Source: Meiothermus sp. (GTDB lineage: Bacteria; Deinococcota; Deinococci; Deinococcales; Thermaceae). From it: a stretch of 64,000 nucleotides of DNA. Where the stretch lies: the NCBI GenBank assembly GCA_033762915.1, contig JANRLD010000115.1:96001-160000 (forward strand), given 5' to 3'. The notes under the pieces were generated by a model, which was given only the letters and a program-made list of their open reading frames with translations, ran no database searches and was not told where the DNA came from. Below are positions 11,712-21,587 of the stretch, piece by piece. Position numbers and translations under genes: made by a program. The first letter of the stretch is position 1. Each line of letters opens with the position of its first letter.

Positions 11712-12845
11712 ATGACGTTGCTGCCCACGGGCGTGCTCTGGGTCTGGCTGCTGGGCCTGCTGAGCCTGGGGCTCATGGGTGGGGGCGGCTATCTGGTCTA
11801 CGGGTGGTACGAGGGGGCCCTGGCGGCTACCGGTCACCTGGCCGCCGGGCTGCTAATGCTGGGACTGGCCCTGCTGGGCCGCCCGTTGGTGCTGCTGTGC
11901 TTCCGCCCCGACCCCGACCCGCCGCGCCACGCCAGGGTCGGGGAGTTCCGCGAGATGCTGCGCCCCGACGGGACCCGCCTGCACGCCGAGGTGAGCGGCC
12001 CCGAGGGCGCGCCCGTGCTGGTCTTCACCCACGGCTGGGGCAACGACGCCACCCAGTGGTACTACAGCCGGCGCTCGCTCTGCAAGGACTACCGCGTCAT
12101 CACCTGGGACCTGCCGGGACTGGGCCGTTCGGAGCCGAGGCGCGACCGCGACTACCGCCTCGAGCGTATGGCCGACGACCTCGAGGCCGTGCTCTCGGCG
12201 GCCGGGGGCCGCCCGGCCTACCTGGTGGGCCACTCCATCGGCGGGATGATCAGCCTGACACTCTGTAGGCTGCTGGGCAAGCGCCGGGGCAGGAAGGTGG
12301 CGGGCCTGGTACTGGCGCACACCACCCCGGCCAACCCCGTCCGAACGGCCCTGTTCTCCCCCCCGCTGCGCCGCCCGCTAGGCCCGCTGCTGGTGCCGCT
12401 GTGCTACCTAATGATCTCCCTCGCACCGCTGGTTTGGCTGGGCAACTGGCTGGCCTACCACAACGGCTCGCTGCACCTCCAAACCCTCCTCAGCGGCTTC
12501 AGGCAGCCCTCGAGGGCCGAGCTGGATTTCGCCGCCCGCTTCAGCGCGCGGGCCTGGCCGGGGGTGGTGGCACGGGGGATGCTGGGCATGTTGCGCTACG
12601 ACCTGACCGAAGACCTCAGGCACATCCGCATCCCCGCCCTGGTGATCGCGGGCAGCCACGACCCCCTGCTCCCGCCTTCCCGCAGCGCCCGCGTACTGGC
12701 CAAGCTGCTCCCCAAAGCCCGCTACGCCGAACTCGAGGGGGCCAGCCACAACGGCTTCATGGAGCAGCACTACCGCTTCGACCTGCTGGTGACGGAGTTC
12801 GTGAAACAGACCGAGAGCAGGCCCAGCACGCGCACGCTGAACTGA
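11712..12845 (+). CDS. Alpha/beta hydrolase with N-terminal transmembrane helices
   Basis: HGWG, DLPGLGRS, GHSIGG nucleophile; TACCAT-N7-ATG leaderless start. Confidence 0.85.
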   Translation: MTLLPTGVLWVWLLGLLSLGLMGGGGYLVYGWYEGALAATGHLAAGLLMLGLALLGRPLVLLCFRPDPDPPRHARVGEFREMLRPDGTRLHAEVSGPEGAPVLVFTHGWGNDATQWYYSRRSLCKDYRVITWDLPGLGRSEPRRDRDYRLERMADDLEAVLSAAGGRPAYLVGHSIGGMISLTLCRLLGKRRGRKVAGLVLAHTTPANPVRTALFSPPLRRPLGPLLVPLCYLMISLAPLVWLGNWLAYHNGSLHLQTLLSGFRQPSRAELDFAARFSARAWPGVVARGMLGMLRYDLTEDLRHIRIPALVIAGSHDPLLPPSRSARVLAKLLPKARYAELEGASHNGFMEQHYRFDLLVTEFVKQTESRPSTRTLN

Positions 12846-12895
12846 GAGCGGTTCCCACGCATACTCCCTACAGCGGTTCTTGCTGGAGGGAGTAC
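12846..12895 (+). repeat. Short family A variant after a stop codon
   Basis: GAGCGGTTCCCACGCATACTCCCTAC, as at 25569 and 48915. Confidence 0.75.
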
Positions 12896-13046
12896 ATTAT
12901 CTGCCGCACAGGAGGGAATGCTGGAACGCGATGAGGCGGGAGGCGGAAGGTAAAACCAAGCTCCTTTTCGTGCTAAACTCTTTCCTTGCGCGGCACAGCC
13001 GACGCGAACGGTCTGGCTCGAGAATCCCTCTCGTAAGCCAAGGAGC

Positions 13047-14378
13047 GTGATCGAGATAAAGACGAGCATCATAACCTACGGCTGTCAGATGAACGAGTAC
13101 GACACCCACCTGGTCAAAAGCGAGCTGGCCAGCCTGGGCGCCGAGTTCGTGGAGGGCTGGCAGGAGGCCGAGTTCGTGCTGGTGAACACCTGCGCGGTGC
13201 GCGGCAAGCCGGTCGAGAAGGTGGTGACCCTGCTGGGCGAGTTGCGCAAGGCCAAGGCCAGCCGGCCCCTCACGGTGGGGATGATGGGCTGCCTGGCCCA
13301 GCTCGAGGAGGGCCAGCAACTGGCCCGGAAGTTCGAGGTGGACGTGCTGCTGGGGCCGGGCGCGATTACGGAGATCGGGAAGGCGCTGGAAGCCAAGAGC
13401 AAGTTCTGGGACCTGAGCTTCCGCGACGAGCTGACCCACCACCTGCCCCCCGCCCCAACCGGCACACTCTCGGCCTTCGTGAGCATCATCCGGGGTTGCA
13501 ACCACCACTGCACCTATTGCATCGTGCCGACGACGCGGGGGCCGGAGGTCAGCCGTCACCCCGACTTGATCTTGCAGGAAACCCGCCAGCTCCACGCGGC
13601 GGGCGTGGTTGAAGTCACCCTGCTGGGCCAGAACGTCAACTCGTACGGCAACGACCAGGAGGGCTTCCCCAAGTTCGGCGAGCTGCTGCGCCAGGTGGGC
13701 AAGATCGGCATCCCTCGCATCAAGTTCACCACCTCGCACCCGGTCAATTTCACCGATGAGGTCATCGCCGCGATTGCCGAGACCTCCCAGGTGTGCCGCT
13801 ACATCCACCTGCCGGTGCAGTCCGGCTCCAACCGGGTGCTGCGGCGGATGGCCAGGGAATACCGCCGCGAGTGGTATCTCGATCGCATCCGCGCCATCCG
13901 GGCGGCCATCCCGGACGTGGTGCTCTCCACCGACATTATCGTGGGCTTCCCCGGCGAGACCGAGGAGGACTTCCAGCAGACCCTCTCGCTCTACGAGGAG
14001 GTCGGCTACGACTCGGCCTACATGTTCATCTACTCGCCGCGCAAGGGAACGCCCAGCTACAAGCACTTCCAGGACTTGCCCCGGGAGGTCAAGGTCGAGC
14101 GGCTCCAGCGCCTGATCGAGGTGCAGAAGAAGTGGAGCCTCCTTCGCAACCAGCGCTGGGTCGGCCAGACCATGCAGGTCCTGATCCGCGGGGCCGCCGG
14201 AACCGAGGGCTTCAGCGAGGGCCACACCTGGGGCAACCACCCCATCGTGCTACCCGCCGCCCAGGCCCCCACACCGGGGCTCTACCAGGCCCTCATCAAG
14301 CAGGCCACCCCCCACATGCTCTTCGGCGAGGTCGCGGGCACCGAGCAGCCCGCCACAATCCCGCTGATGATGGCTTGA
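13047..14378 (+). CDS. miaB: tRNA-i6A37 methylthiotransferase MiaB
   Basis: TYGCQMN, NTCAVR, radical [21 protein letters not shown]-terminal TRAM-like domain. Confidence 0.95.
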   Translation: MIEIKTSIITYGCQMNEYDTHLVKSELASLGAEFVEGWQEAEFVLVNTCAVRGKPVEKVVTLLGELRKAKASRPLTVGMMGCLAQLEEGQQLARKFEVDVLLGPGAITEIGKALEAKSKFWDLSFRDELTHHLPPAPTGTLSAFVSIIRGCNHHCTYCIVPTTRGPEVSRHPDLILQETRQLHAAGVVEVTLLGQNVNSYGNDQEGFPKFGELLRQVGKIGIPRIKFTTSHPVNFTDEVIAAIAETSQVCRYIHLPVQSGSNRVLRRMAREYRREWYLDRIRAIRAAIPDVVLSTDIIVGFPGETEEDFQQTLSLYEEVGYDSAYMFIYSPRKGTPSYKHFQDLPREVKVERLQRLIEVQKKWSLLRNQRWVGQTMQVLIRGAAGTEGFSEGHTWGNHPIVLPAAQAPTPGLYQALIKQATPHMLFGEVAGTEQPATIPLMMA

Positions 14379-14482
14379 CAGCGGTTCCCACCATTACGCC
14401 TCACGCGGTGATGCGCTGAAGCGGGCGTAATGTACCCCGCACATCCGAGTCTCTGCGCGCGTGGTATTCGTGGGAATCGCTG
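14379..14482 (+). repeat. Family A-related variant B after the miaB stop
   Basis: CAGCGGTTCCCAC...GTGGGAATCGCTG terminal inverted repeat; internal sequence shared with 54205-54294 and 60254. Confidence 0.75.
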
Positions 14483-14512
14483 TGAGGGGCGATCAAACCA
14501 CCACACGCCGCC

Positions 14513-15421
14513 TTAGGTCGCCTCTCGAGCCCCCGACTCTGCTGTTGCGGGTGGGCTCGAGCGAATCTTCCCCAGCGTGTTGACGATCACCACCCCCACC
14601 AGCGCTACCGCACCGCCGATAAAGTCCAGCCTGGTGGGCACCTCGCCCAGCCAGAAAAAGGCGATCAGGGTGGCCAGAACCGGGTTGATGTAGAGGAAGC
14701 TGGTCACCCTCGAGGCCGGAACCTTGGACAGCGCGTAGTTCCAGGTCAGATACGAAAGTCCGCCGGGCAGCACCCCCAGGTAAATCACGGCCCAAAAAGC
14801 CTGCGGCGAGGCCGACTGCACCTCGCCGACCAGGCCCGGCCAGAAGACCAGCAGCGGCAGGGTTCCGGCCCAGATCGAGTAGGCGGTGAAGCGGAGCGGG
14901 CCGTACTTCTGCACGACCCCGCGCTGGAAGACGAAGTAGATCGAGGTGACGAAGGCCGCCAGCAGGACCAGCAGGGCACCGGCCTCGAGGTGGAGCCCCC
15001 CCTTGTGCCCAGCCGCGATCATCGCCGCTCCCGAGAAAGCCACCCCCGTCCCCAGCCAGCCCAGCGCCGAGAGGCGTTCTTTGAGGAAGAGCAGCGAGAG
15101 TAGCGCGGTGATCACCGGCCCGCAGGCGATCAGCAGTGCGGCCGGCCCAGCCTGCACCGTGACCTGCCCGTAGTTGAGCGCGGTGTGGTAGCAGGTGATA
15201 CCCAGGAACCCCAGCCCGAAGATCGGTAGCCAGTCGCGCCGCTCCGGCAGCGGCATCCGCACCACCACAGCGTACGCCAGCAGCGTCGCCGAGGCCGCCA
15301 GAAAGCGCAGGAGCGTCAGGTGACCCGGGCTAAACTCGAGCAGCCCGGCCCGGATTCCCGCGAAGGCCGAGGCCCAGGGGACCAGGGTCAGCAAGATCGC
15401 CAGCAATGCCCGAGAGTCCAT
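14513..15421 (-). CDS. DMT/EamA family transporter
   Basis: About 10 hydrophobic helices in two repeats, LFLKERL, FWLGE; TAGAAT-N6-ATG. Confidence 0.9.
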   Translation of the reverse strand: MDSRALLAILLTLVPWASAFAGIRAGLLEFSPGHLTLLRFLAASATLLAYAVVVRMPLPERRDWLPIFGLGFLGITCYHTALNYGQVTVQAGPAALLIACGPVITALLSLLFLKERLSALGWLGTGVAFSGAAMIAAGHKGGLHLEAGALLVLLAAFVTSIYFVFQRGVVQKYGPLRFTAYSIWAGTLPLLVFWPGLVGEVQSASPQAFWAVIYLGVLPGGLSYLTWNYALSKVPASRVTSFLYINPVLATLIAFFWLGEVPTRLDFIGGAVALVGVVIVNTLGKIRSSPPATAESGAREAT

Positions 15422-15506
15422 CCGGCGATTCTACGGCAGGACACAGGCTTTGGGGAAGGAAAACCAAAGGCGAGGATCAGCGGTCGCAGGTTACGGCAGT
15501 TGTCGA

Positions 15507-16202
15507 TTAGAACCTGTACGAAAACGACACGCTGAACAGGGTGTTGGCCCGCAGGGTGGCGTTGCGGGCGTCGGGGGGCAGGAACAGGGCGCTAATCTCG
15601 GGGGAGATGGTGAAGCGCTCGCCCAGCTTGGCGTTGACCCCGATGGTGGCCCCGGGGTTAAGGCGGGGGCCGGAGCAGCTCAGGGCGTTGGTACCCTGGC
15701 AGAGGAGGTAGGTGTAGAGGCGCGGCCCGGCGTAGCCCCTGGCGGTCTCGAGGGGAATCTGGAAGAAGTAGCCCAGGTCCAAGGCGACGCCGCTCGAGAT
15801 GTAGGTGGTGAGCTGGCTGGTGCCGCCAGTGTAGAGCCAGTAGTCGGCCGCCTCGTAGGCCAGGTTGAGCGAGGCCACCAGACCGGCCAGATCGCCCTCG
15901 CCCACGTAGGAGCCCCGCATGAACACCCCGGTGCGCGGCGGCACCTTCAGCTCGAAGCCCAGCGGGCCGTTGGTCACCTCGAAGCCAAAGCCGATCGAGT
16001 CGACCTTAATCCCCATGGCGACCTCGCCCGGCTTGCTGACTCTGGCCGAGGCCAGGGTCGAGATGAAAACCGGGGCGGCGCTCTGTGGCGAGGGAACATT
16101 AGGCCCGCCGGGTGAGGAGCCGACCGGGGCCAGCGCGGAGGGCGCGCAGGCCGCGAACAACAGACCAAAACCGATGAGGGCAATACGCGAGGAAGTCTTC
16201 AT
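15507..16202 (-). CDS. Putative lipoprotein with a beta-barrel-like C-terminus
   Basis: Lipobox-like LFAAC; ends FSVSFSYRF; TACTTT-N6-ATG. Confidence 0.7.
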   Translation of the reverse strand: MKTSSRIALIGFGLLFAACAPSALAPVGSSPGGPNVPSPQSAAPVFISTLASARVSKPGEVAMGIKVDSIGFGFEVTNGPLGFELKVPPRTGVFMRGSYVGEGDLAGLVASLNLAYEAADYWLYTGGTSQLTTYISSGVALDLGYFFQIPLETARGYAGPRLYTYLLCQGTNALSCSGPRLNPGATIGVNAKLGERFTISPEISALFLPPDARNATLRANTLFSVSFSYRF

Positions 16203-16363
16203 GCCCTTAAAGTAGCACCTCGGCCTGGGATGTTCCGCCCGTAACGCCCCGGAGTAACTGTAATCTGCGACGGGCCTCGGAGGGCGGCACAAAACAGCGG
16301 CACCCAGCACAGGGCTTGCGCGCGTGCGGGAGCCGTCGCTGCGCGCGCCGTCTTTTGCCGGGT

Positions 16364-17272
16364 TTACCTTAGGGGTATCCGGTAGGCATATACCACCTCG
16401 TTGCCCCGCCTCTGCCCTATCCAAAGCGCCTCGAGGCTCCCCGCCAGCGAGGTGTTGAAGCTGATCGGGCCGTTGAGGGCCTGCCAGAAGCGGGGCTGCT
16501 CGCCCAGGGCAAGGTTGAACTGGCCTGCGGGCAGGCTCAAGGACACCACCCGCCCAGCCACAGTGCTGACCTCGAGCCTGGTCCGAATCTGCAGGCCGCG
16601 CTCGCCCGGCTTGGTGTTCCACCAAGTCTGGCCATCGAAGAGGCCATAGCGCACGCTGGCGCCAGGGGGCAGCTCGAGCCGGGCGTTGATGGGCGGGTTG
16701 AGGCGCTGGTAGAGCCCGCTGCCCAGGAAGATCCCCACCGTTCCCGACGCATTGCCGCTGAGCACCAGCACGTCGCGCTGCACCTGAGCGGGGCTGCTGC
16801 CGATGCTTGCCTCGAATAGCCGTCCGATGAAGTTTTGCACCACCATCACCTTGTTGCCCTGCCGCACGAAAGCCACACCCAGGTGGGTGTACTCGGGCTC
16901 GAGCATGTTCTTGCGATGGGGCGGGCTATTCATCCAGCCCACCACCGAGCGCCGCGGCAGCTCGGCGTCCTGGTAGTTCTCGAAGGAGGCCAGGTTCTCG
17001 CCGGTGGTCACGTCCATCACCCCGGCTTGCCGCATCCGCCAGGCCGCGTCGCGCCCCTCGGGGTTGAGGTGGGCAAAAAAGTTCCGCCGCAGCATGTCCG
17101 CCGCGTGGCCGAGGGCGGCCTTGTAGGCGGTGTGGTCCCACTGCAGGGCCCGCAGGCCGCGCTGTATACGCTCCTGATTGGTGCGCTGCAAAACCTCGAG
17201 TTCCAAGTCACTCTGAGCGAGGGCCATAGAGGTTAACGCGACGAAGAGCAAGAACCAGCGCATCTTCATCAT
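16364..17272 (-). CDS. Secreted CAP (SCP) domain protein
   Basis: TNQER, HAADM...FFAH, GENL, WMNSPPHRKNML. Confidence 0.9.
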   Translation of the reverse strand: MMKMRWFLLFVALTSMALAQSDLELEVLQRTNQERIQRGLRALQWDHTAYKAALGHAADMLRRNFFAHLNPEGRDAAWRMRQAGVMDVTTGENLASFENYQDAELPRRSVVGWMNSPPHRKNMLEPEYTHLGVAFVRQGNKVMVVQNFIGRLFEASIGSSPAQVQRDVLVLSGNASGTVGIFLGSGLYQRLNPPINARLELPPGASVRYGLFDGQTWWNTKPGERGLQIRTRLEVSTVAGRVVSLSLPAGQFNLALGEQPRFWQALNGPISFNTSLAGSLEALWIGQRRGNEVVYAYRIPLR

Positions 17273-17326
17273 CGTAAGCCAGAGGGTAGCGCGCCTGGGT
17301 TTACCTGGGGTAAGCCGCCGTTCATT

Positions 17327-17358
17327 AAAAAAGCCCCGCAGCTTTGCGCTGCGGGGCT
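17327..17358 (-). terminator. Intrinsic terminator
   Basis: Minus strand AGCCCCGCAGC-gcaaa-GCTGCGGGGCTTTTTT. Confidence 0.85.
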
Positions 17359-17395
17359 GCTTAGACCGAACCGACAGAGGCTAAGCGCTGAGGGC

Positions 17396-17434
17396 TTAGG
17401 CCGAAACCACCTCGACGTTGGGTTTTTGACTCAC
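17396..17434 (-). CDS. Unannotated 12-aa peptide MSQKPNVEVVSA
   Basis: SD AAGGAGGTGA 4 nt before GTG; TATACT just upstream; terminator downstream. Confidence 0.55.
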   Translation of the reverse strand: MSQKPNVEVVSA

Positions 17435-17523
17435 GCTATCACCTCCTTGACAGGAGTATACGCCACCGGGCAAAAATAAAGGTGGAAAAAAACCCGATTC
17501 CCCCGAAGCAGGGTAACGGCCCC

Positions 17524-18363
17524 TCACCCCTTAACCGCCCCCTCGAGGCCCCGCATAAACAGCCGCTGGGCCGCAAAAAAGATGACAAGCACCGGAAGCA
17601 TCATGATCATCGCACCCGCCGCCACGTTGAACACGTCGTAGTTAAACTGCCCCTTTAGCTTGAGGATGGCCACCGACATCGGCAACAGCTTGTCGTTGGT
17701 CAGGAGCGCCACCGAGGGCCAGAAGTAGGCGTTCCAGGTGCCCACCAGCGTGAAGATGCCCAGCGCGGTCAGCGAGGGCACCGAGAGGGGGATCATGATC
17801 CGGGTCAGGATCTGCAGCTCGCCAGCCCCGTCGATGCGGGCCGCTTCCATCAGGGTCGAGGGGATTGCCATGTAGGCTTGGCGCATCACGAAAATGCCGA
17901 AAGCGGTTGCGATCAGCGGCAGCACCACCCCCCAGTAGGTGCCGAGGATGCCGAGTTGGTTCAGCAGGATCACCTTGACGATGAAGGTGGTCTCGTCGGG
18001 CAGCACCAAAGTGGCGATGATGACGCTGAACAGGATGCCCTTGCCGGGGAAGTTGAGCCGGGCCAGCGGGTAGGCGGCCAGCGACGAGACGACGAGGGTG
18101 CCCACCACGGTCATCGCGGTGATGATCACCGAGTTGAGGAAGCTCTGCCCCAGGTTGAGCTTCTCAAAGACCTCCACGAAGTTCCCGAGTGTCACGGCGG
18201 GCGGAAAGAGGCTGGCCGGGAAGTCGTAGATGGAGATGCCGCTGGCCCTCTTGTCGGTGATGGAAATCGCCAGCGTCCACAAGAAGGGGAAGACCGCGAA
18301 GCCCAGGATGACCAGCATGACGAGGTAGCTCGAGGCCACCCCCAACGCCTTGCGCCAGTTCAT
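17524..18363 (-). CDS. Carbohydrate ABC transporter permease (MalG-like)
   Basis: EAARIDGA motif, TM helices. Confidence 0.92.
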   Translation of the reverse strand: MNWRKALGVASSYLVMLVILGFAVFPFLWTLAISITDKRASGISIYDFPASLFPPAVTLGNFVEVFEKLNLGQSFLNSVIITAMTVVGTLVVSSLAAYPLARLNFPGKGILFSVIIATLVLPDETTFIVKVILLNQLGILGTYWGVVLPLIATAFGIFVMRQAYMAIPSTLMEAARIDGAGELQILTRIMIPLSVPSLTALGIFTLVGTWNAYFWPSVALLTNDKLLPMSVAILKLKGQFNYDVFNVAAGAMIMMLPVLVIFFAAQRLFMRGLEGAVKG

Positions 18364-19268
18364 CGCTCCCCCCTGTCCTCGCGGGTCAGGCGAAAGTTGA
18401 GATAGGAGAGCGCCAGGCCCACGACGGCAATCAGCAGGCCCGCCGCGCTGGCCTTGCCGTAGTCGAAGTCCAGGCCCAGGCTCTTGTTGTAGACGTAGAG
18501 CAGGGCGGTATAGGTGGAGTTAAGCGGCCCACCGGTGCCATTGGTGAAGACCAGGATCTCCTCGAGCACCCGCAGCGCGGCGATAGTGGAGAGCAGGCTG
18601 CACAGCAGGATGGTGGGGCGCATCAGCGGCACGATGATCAGCCAGAAACGCTGCCAAGCAGTGGCTCCGTCGAGGGTGGCGGCCTCCTCGAGTTCGCCCG
18701 GAATGCTCTGCAACCCGGCCAGATACAGCACCATGTAGTAGCCGAAGCCGCGCCAGAAGGTCACCAGCATGATCGCCCACAGCGCGGTGTTCTCGTTCAG
18801 GAGCCAGCTAAAGCGGTTATCCCAGTTTATGAGGTTGAGCAGCTCGAGCGACCAGTTTAGAAATCCGTCCTTCTGAAAGATCCATTCCCACATCACTGCG
18901 GCCAGCGTGATCGAGGTCACCACCGGGACGTAGTATCCCGCCCGGAAGAAGGGCATGAAGGGGAGTTTCTGGTTGACCAGCACCGCCACCGCCAGCGCGG
19001 CGATCTGCAAAATCGGCACCACCAGCAGGTACTTGAGCGAGTTGAGCACCCCGGTCTGGAACAGCGGGTCGTTCAGCACGTACTCGATGTTCTGGAGCCC
19101 CACCCACCTCGGCGGCTCGCCCGAGCCGAGGTTGGCTGCGGTGTACTCGGTAAAGGCCAGATAGGCCCCGTAAAGGAGCGGGTAGAACAGGAACAAGCCC
19201 ATCAGAACCAGGGCCGGGGCCAGGAAGGCGTAGGCCAGAAGGGCAGTGAACTGGGCTTGGCGTCTCAT
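18360..19268 (-). CDS. Carbohydrate ABC transporter permease (MalF-like)
   Basis: LAGLQSIP, EEAATLDGA. Confidence 0.92.
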   Translation of the reverse strand: MRRQAQFTALLAYAFLAPALVLMGLFLFYPLLYGAYLAFTEYTAANLGSGEPPRWVGLQNIEYVLNDPLFQTGVLNSLKYLLVVPILQIAALAVAVLVNQKLPFMPFFRAGYYVPVVTSITLAAVMWEWIFQKDGFLNWSLELLNLINWDNRFSWLLNENTALWAIMLVTFWRGFGYYMVLYLAGLQSIPGELEEAATLDGATAWQRFWLIIVPLMRPTILLCSLLSTIAALRVLEEILVFTNGTGGPLNSTYTALLYVYNKSLGLDFDYGKASAAGLLIAVVGLALSYLNFRLTREDRGER

Positions 19269-19375
19269 AAGACTATAGGGCGGGGAAAGAGAAAAGAGAA
19301 AGGGGGAAAGAGGTGGCGTAGTGCGTCTGATTCACCCATTCTCCTTTCTCCTTCCTCCTTCCTCGCATTTACGAA

Positions 19376-20620
19376 CTACTTAGCGTTCGCGTTCCAGAAG
19401 GTCACGGCGTCGTCGAGGGCCTGCTTGGCGGTCTTGCGGCCCAGGAAGGCGGCCTCGATATTGTCGTTGAAGTTCTTGTACACGTCGTCGGTGTTCTTGG
19501 GGGGCTTGAAGCCGGGGTTGATCAGGCGGCCGGAGCTCGAGTTCATGCCCTTGCCGATCTCGAGGGGGTCGTTGCCCTTGGCCCTGAGGCCGGGGTCGCG
19601 CTCCGAGCCGGCGGCGGTGGAGACGATGGGCACCACGTTGGCGAACTTGACCTGGTTGGTGCGGTTGGAGACAAATAGGGCCAGTTTGGCGGCAGCCACG
19701 CGGTTCTTGGAGGCCACCGGGATCACCAGGCTCATCGCGCCGCCGGTCTGGATGCCGGCCTTGCCCAAGGGGGCGGCCATGATCTTGGTCTTGGCATAGA
19801 GGTCGGGGTTGGCCTCTTTGACCCGGTTGAGGGTGGTGGGGGCGCCGACCACGATGGCGCTCTTGCCCTGGCTGTACAGCTCGTTGGAGAGCTGGAAGGC
19901 CTCCTTGCGCAGCAGCTCCTGCGGGATCACGTCGGCCTTCATGGCGTCCACGTACTGCTGGAGCAGGGCGACGTGGGCAGGGCTGTTAAAGTTGGCCTTG
20001 CCGTCCTTGTCGTAGATCGAGAGGCCCTCGAGGAAGAAGCGGCCCAAGAAGCTGGCCCCGTTGGGGTCCTTGACCGAGGGCAGCCAGCCGTAGGCGCCGG
20101 TGGCCTGCTTGATCTTGGCCGAGGCGGCCAGCAGGTCGTTGGTGTTCTTGATGGTGGCGGGGTTTATGCCAGCTTTCTGCAGCAGCTCAGGGTTGTACAT
20201 CATCACGCCCTGGTCCAGCCAGCCGTACCAGGGAAGCCCGTAGACCTGCCCCTCGGTCACGAACATGTCCAGCACGTTGGGGTAGTAGAGCTGGTTGAGC
20301 ACACCCCGGTTGACCACCTGGGTGATGGGCAGCAGGATCTTGTTCTGCGCCCCGGCGAAGGTGGAGTCCTGCCACAGGTTCACCACGTCGGGGGCCTTGC
20401 CCAGCGCGATGGAGGCGGTCAGGTCGCGCTCCATGGTGTCCTGCTTGTCCACCCACTTCACGGTGATGCCAGGGTTGGCCTTTTCAAAGTCGGCGATGGT
20501 GCTCTTGATGTAGTTGTCGAAGTTCGGGCTCAGGTAGTACGTCCAGAACTCGAGCTGGGTCTGGGCGAAGGCACTCAGCGAGAACGCCATCACCCCTGCG
20601 GCTAGAAGTTTCTTAAGCAT
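19376..20620 (-). CDS. Sugar ABC transporter substrate-binding protein
   Basis: Signal peptide, FEKANPGITVKW, APDVV, YGLPWY; SD GAGGAGG. Confidence 0.92.
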   Translation of the reverse strand: MLKKLLAAGVMAFSLSAFAQTQLEFWTYYLSPNFDNYIKSTIADFEKANPGITVKWVDKQDTMERDLTASIALGKAPDVVNLWQDSTFAGAQNKILLPITQVVNRGVLNQLYYPNVLDMFVTEGQVYGLPWYGWLDQGVMMYNPELLQKAGINPATIKNTNDLLAASAKIKQATGAYGWLPSVKDPNGASFLGRFFLEGLSIYDKDGKANFNSPAHVALLQQYVDAMKADVIPQELLRKEAFQLSNELYSQGKSAIVVGAPTTLNRVKEANPDLYAKTKIMAAPLGKAGIQTGGAMSLVIPVASKNRVAAAKLALFVSNRTNQVKFANVVPIVSTAAGSERDPGLRAKGNDPLEIGKGMNSSSGRLINPGFKPPKNTDDVYKNFNDNIEAAFLGRKTAKQALDDAVTFWNANAK

Positions 20621-20747
20621 ATTTCCTCCTCACAGGATTGCTAACGGGCGGCTGCCCGATAAGCCAAGGTTAGGGAAGCGGGATCGGGGCACGGCATATA
20701 AGGGCAGTAAGAAGCAGCTGCGTTCACTGTCCTCCGTTCCCCCTGAT

Positions 20748-21587
20748 TCAGTAATTCCTATCCGCGACGGCTGCCGCCGTGCGTGCGATGAACTCCGAGG
20801 CTTGGTTGCGGCGTAAGGCAACCAAAGTGTAAAGCAGATCGAGCACCAACAATTGTCCCATCTTGGCCGCCACCGAGCCGCCGGTCAGGGGGCTCTCGGC
20901 CACCGAGGTAACCAGCACCACGTCGGCATGCTTGGCGACCGGGCTCTTGGTGCGCTGGGTGATGGCGATGGTTCGGGCACCCGAGCGCTGGGCCACCTCC
21001 AGGGCCTTCACCGCGTCGATGGTGGTGCCCGAGCGGGTGATGGAAATGGCGATGGCGCTCCTGTCCAGGGTGGCGGCGGCCATCGCGGCCATGTGGGCGT
21101 CGGCGTGGGCCTGGGTGGCATAGCCCAGCCGCATGAACTTGTAGGCGAAATCCTGGGCGGTCACGCCTGAAGCCCCCACGCCATAGATGTCCAGGCGTTT
21201 GGCCTCGAGCAGCAACTCCACGGCCTTGCCCACCAGCTTCAAGTCAATCAGGCGGCGGGTGTCCTCAAGGGCCTGCCGGGCATGATGGGCGACATACTCG
21301 AGGGCTTCCTCGGGGGTTTGGGGGTTCTGCTGCGGCTCGAGGCCGACCGGGCTGGCGGCCAGGTCGGAGGCCAGGGCCAGCTTGAAGTCCTGGAAGCCGC
21401 TGAAGCCCAGGTCGCGGCAGAAGCGGATCACGCTGGCCTCGGAGGAGCCCGAGCCCTCGGCCACCTCGACCACGGTCTGGTAGAGCAACTGCTGGGGGTT
21501 TTCCTGCACGTAGTCGGCAATCTTGCGCAGCGCCGGGGTTAGGGCGCTGCCCGAGCCGCGCAGGCTGGCCATCGCGCCACTTCTCAC
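20748..21587 (-). CDS. RpiR/MurR family transcriptional regulator
   Basis: HTH SEASVIRFC..LGFSGFQDFK plus SIS domain YGVGASG, SITRSG. Confidence 0.92.
   Translation of the reverse strand: MRSGAMASLRGSGSALTPALRKIADYVQENPQQLLYQTVVEVAEGSGSSEASVIRFCRDLGFSGFQDFKLALASDLAASPVGLEPQQNPQTPEEALEYVAHHARQALEDTRRLIDLKLVGKAVELLLEAKRLDIYGVGASGVTAQDFAYKFMRLGYATQAHADAHMAAMAAATLDRSAIAISITRSGTTIDAVKALEVAQRSGARTIAITQRTKSPVAKHADVVLVTSVAESPLTGGSVAAKMGQLLVLDLLYTLVALRRNQASEFIARTAAAVADRNY

Noticed and set aside
13039..13058. Non-canonical ATA start for miaB (SD AAGGAG lies only 1 nt from GTG)
   Set aside because: Cannot be distinguished from GTG initiation using sequence alone
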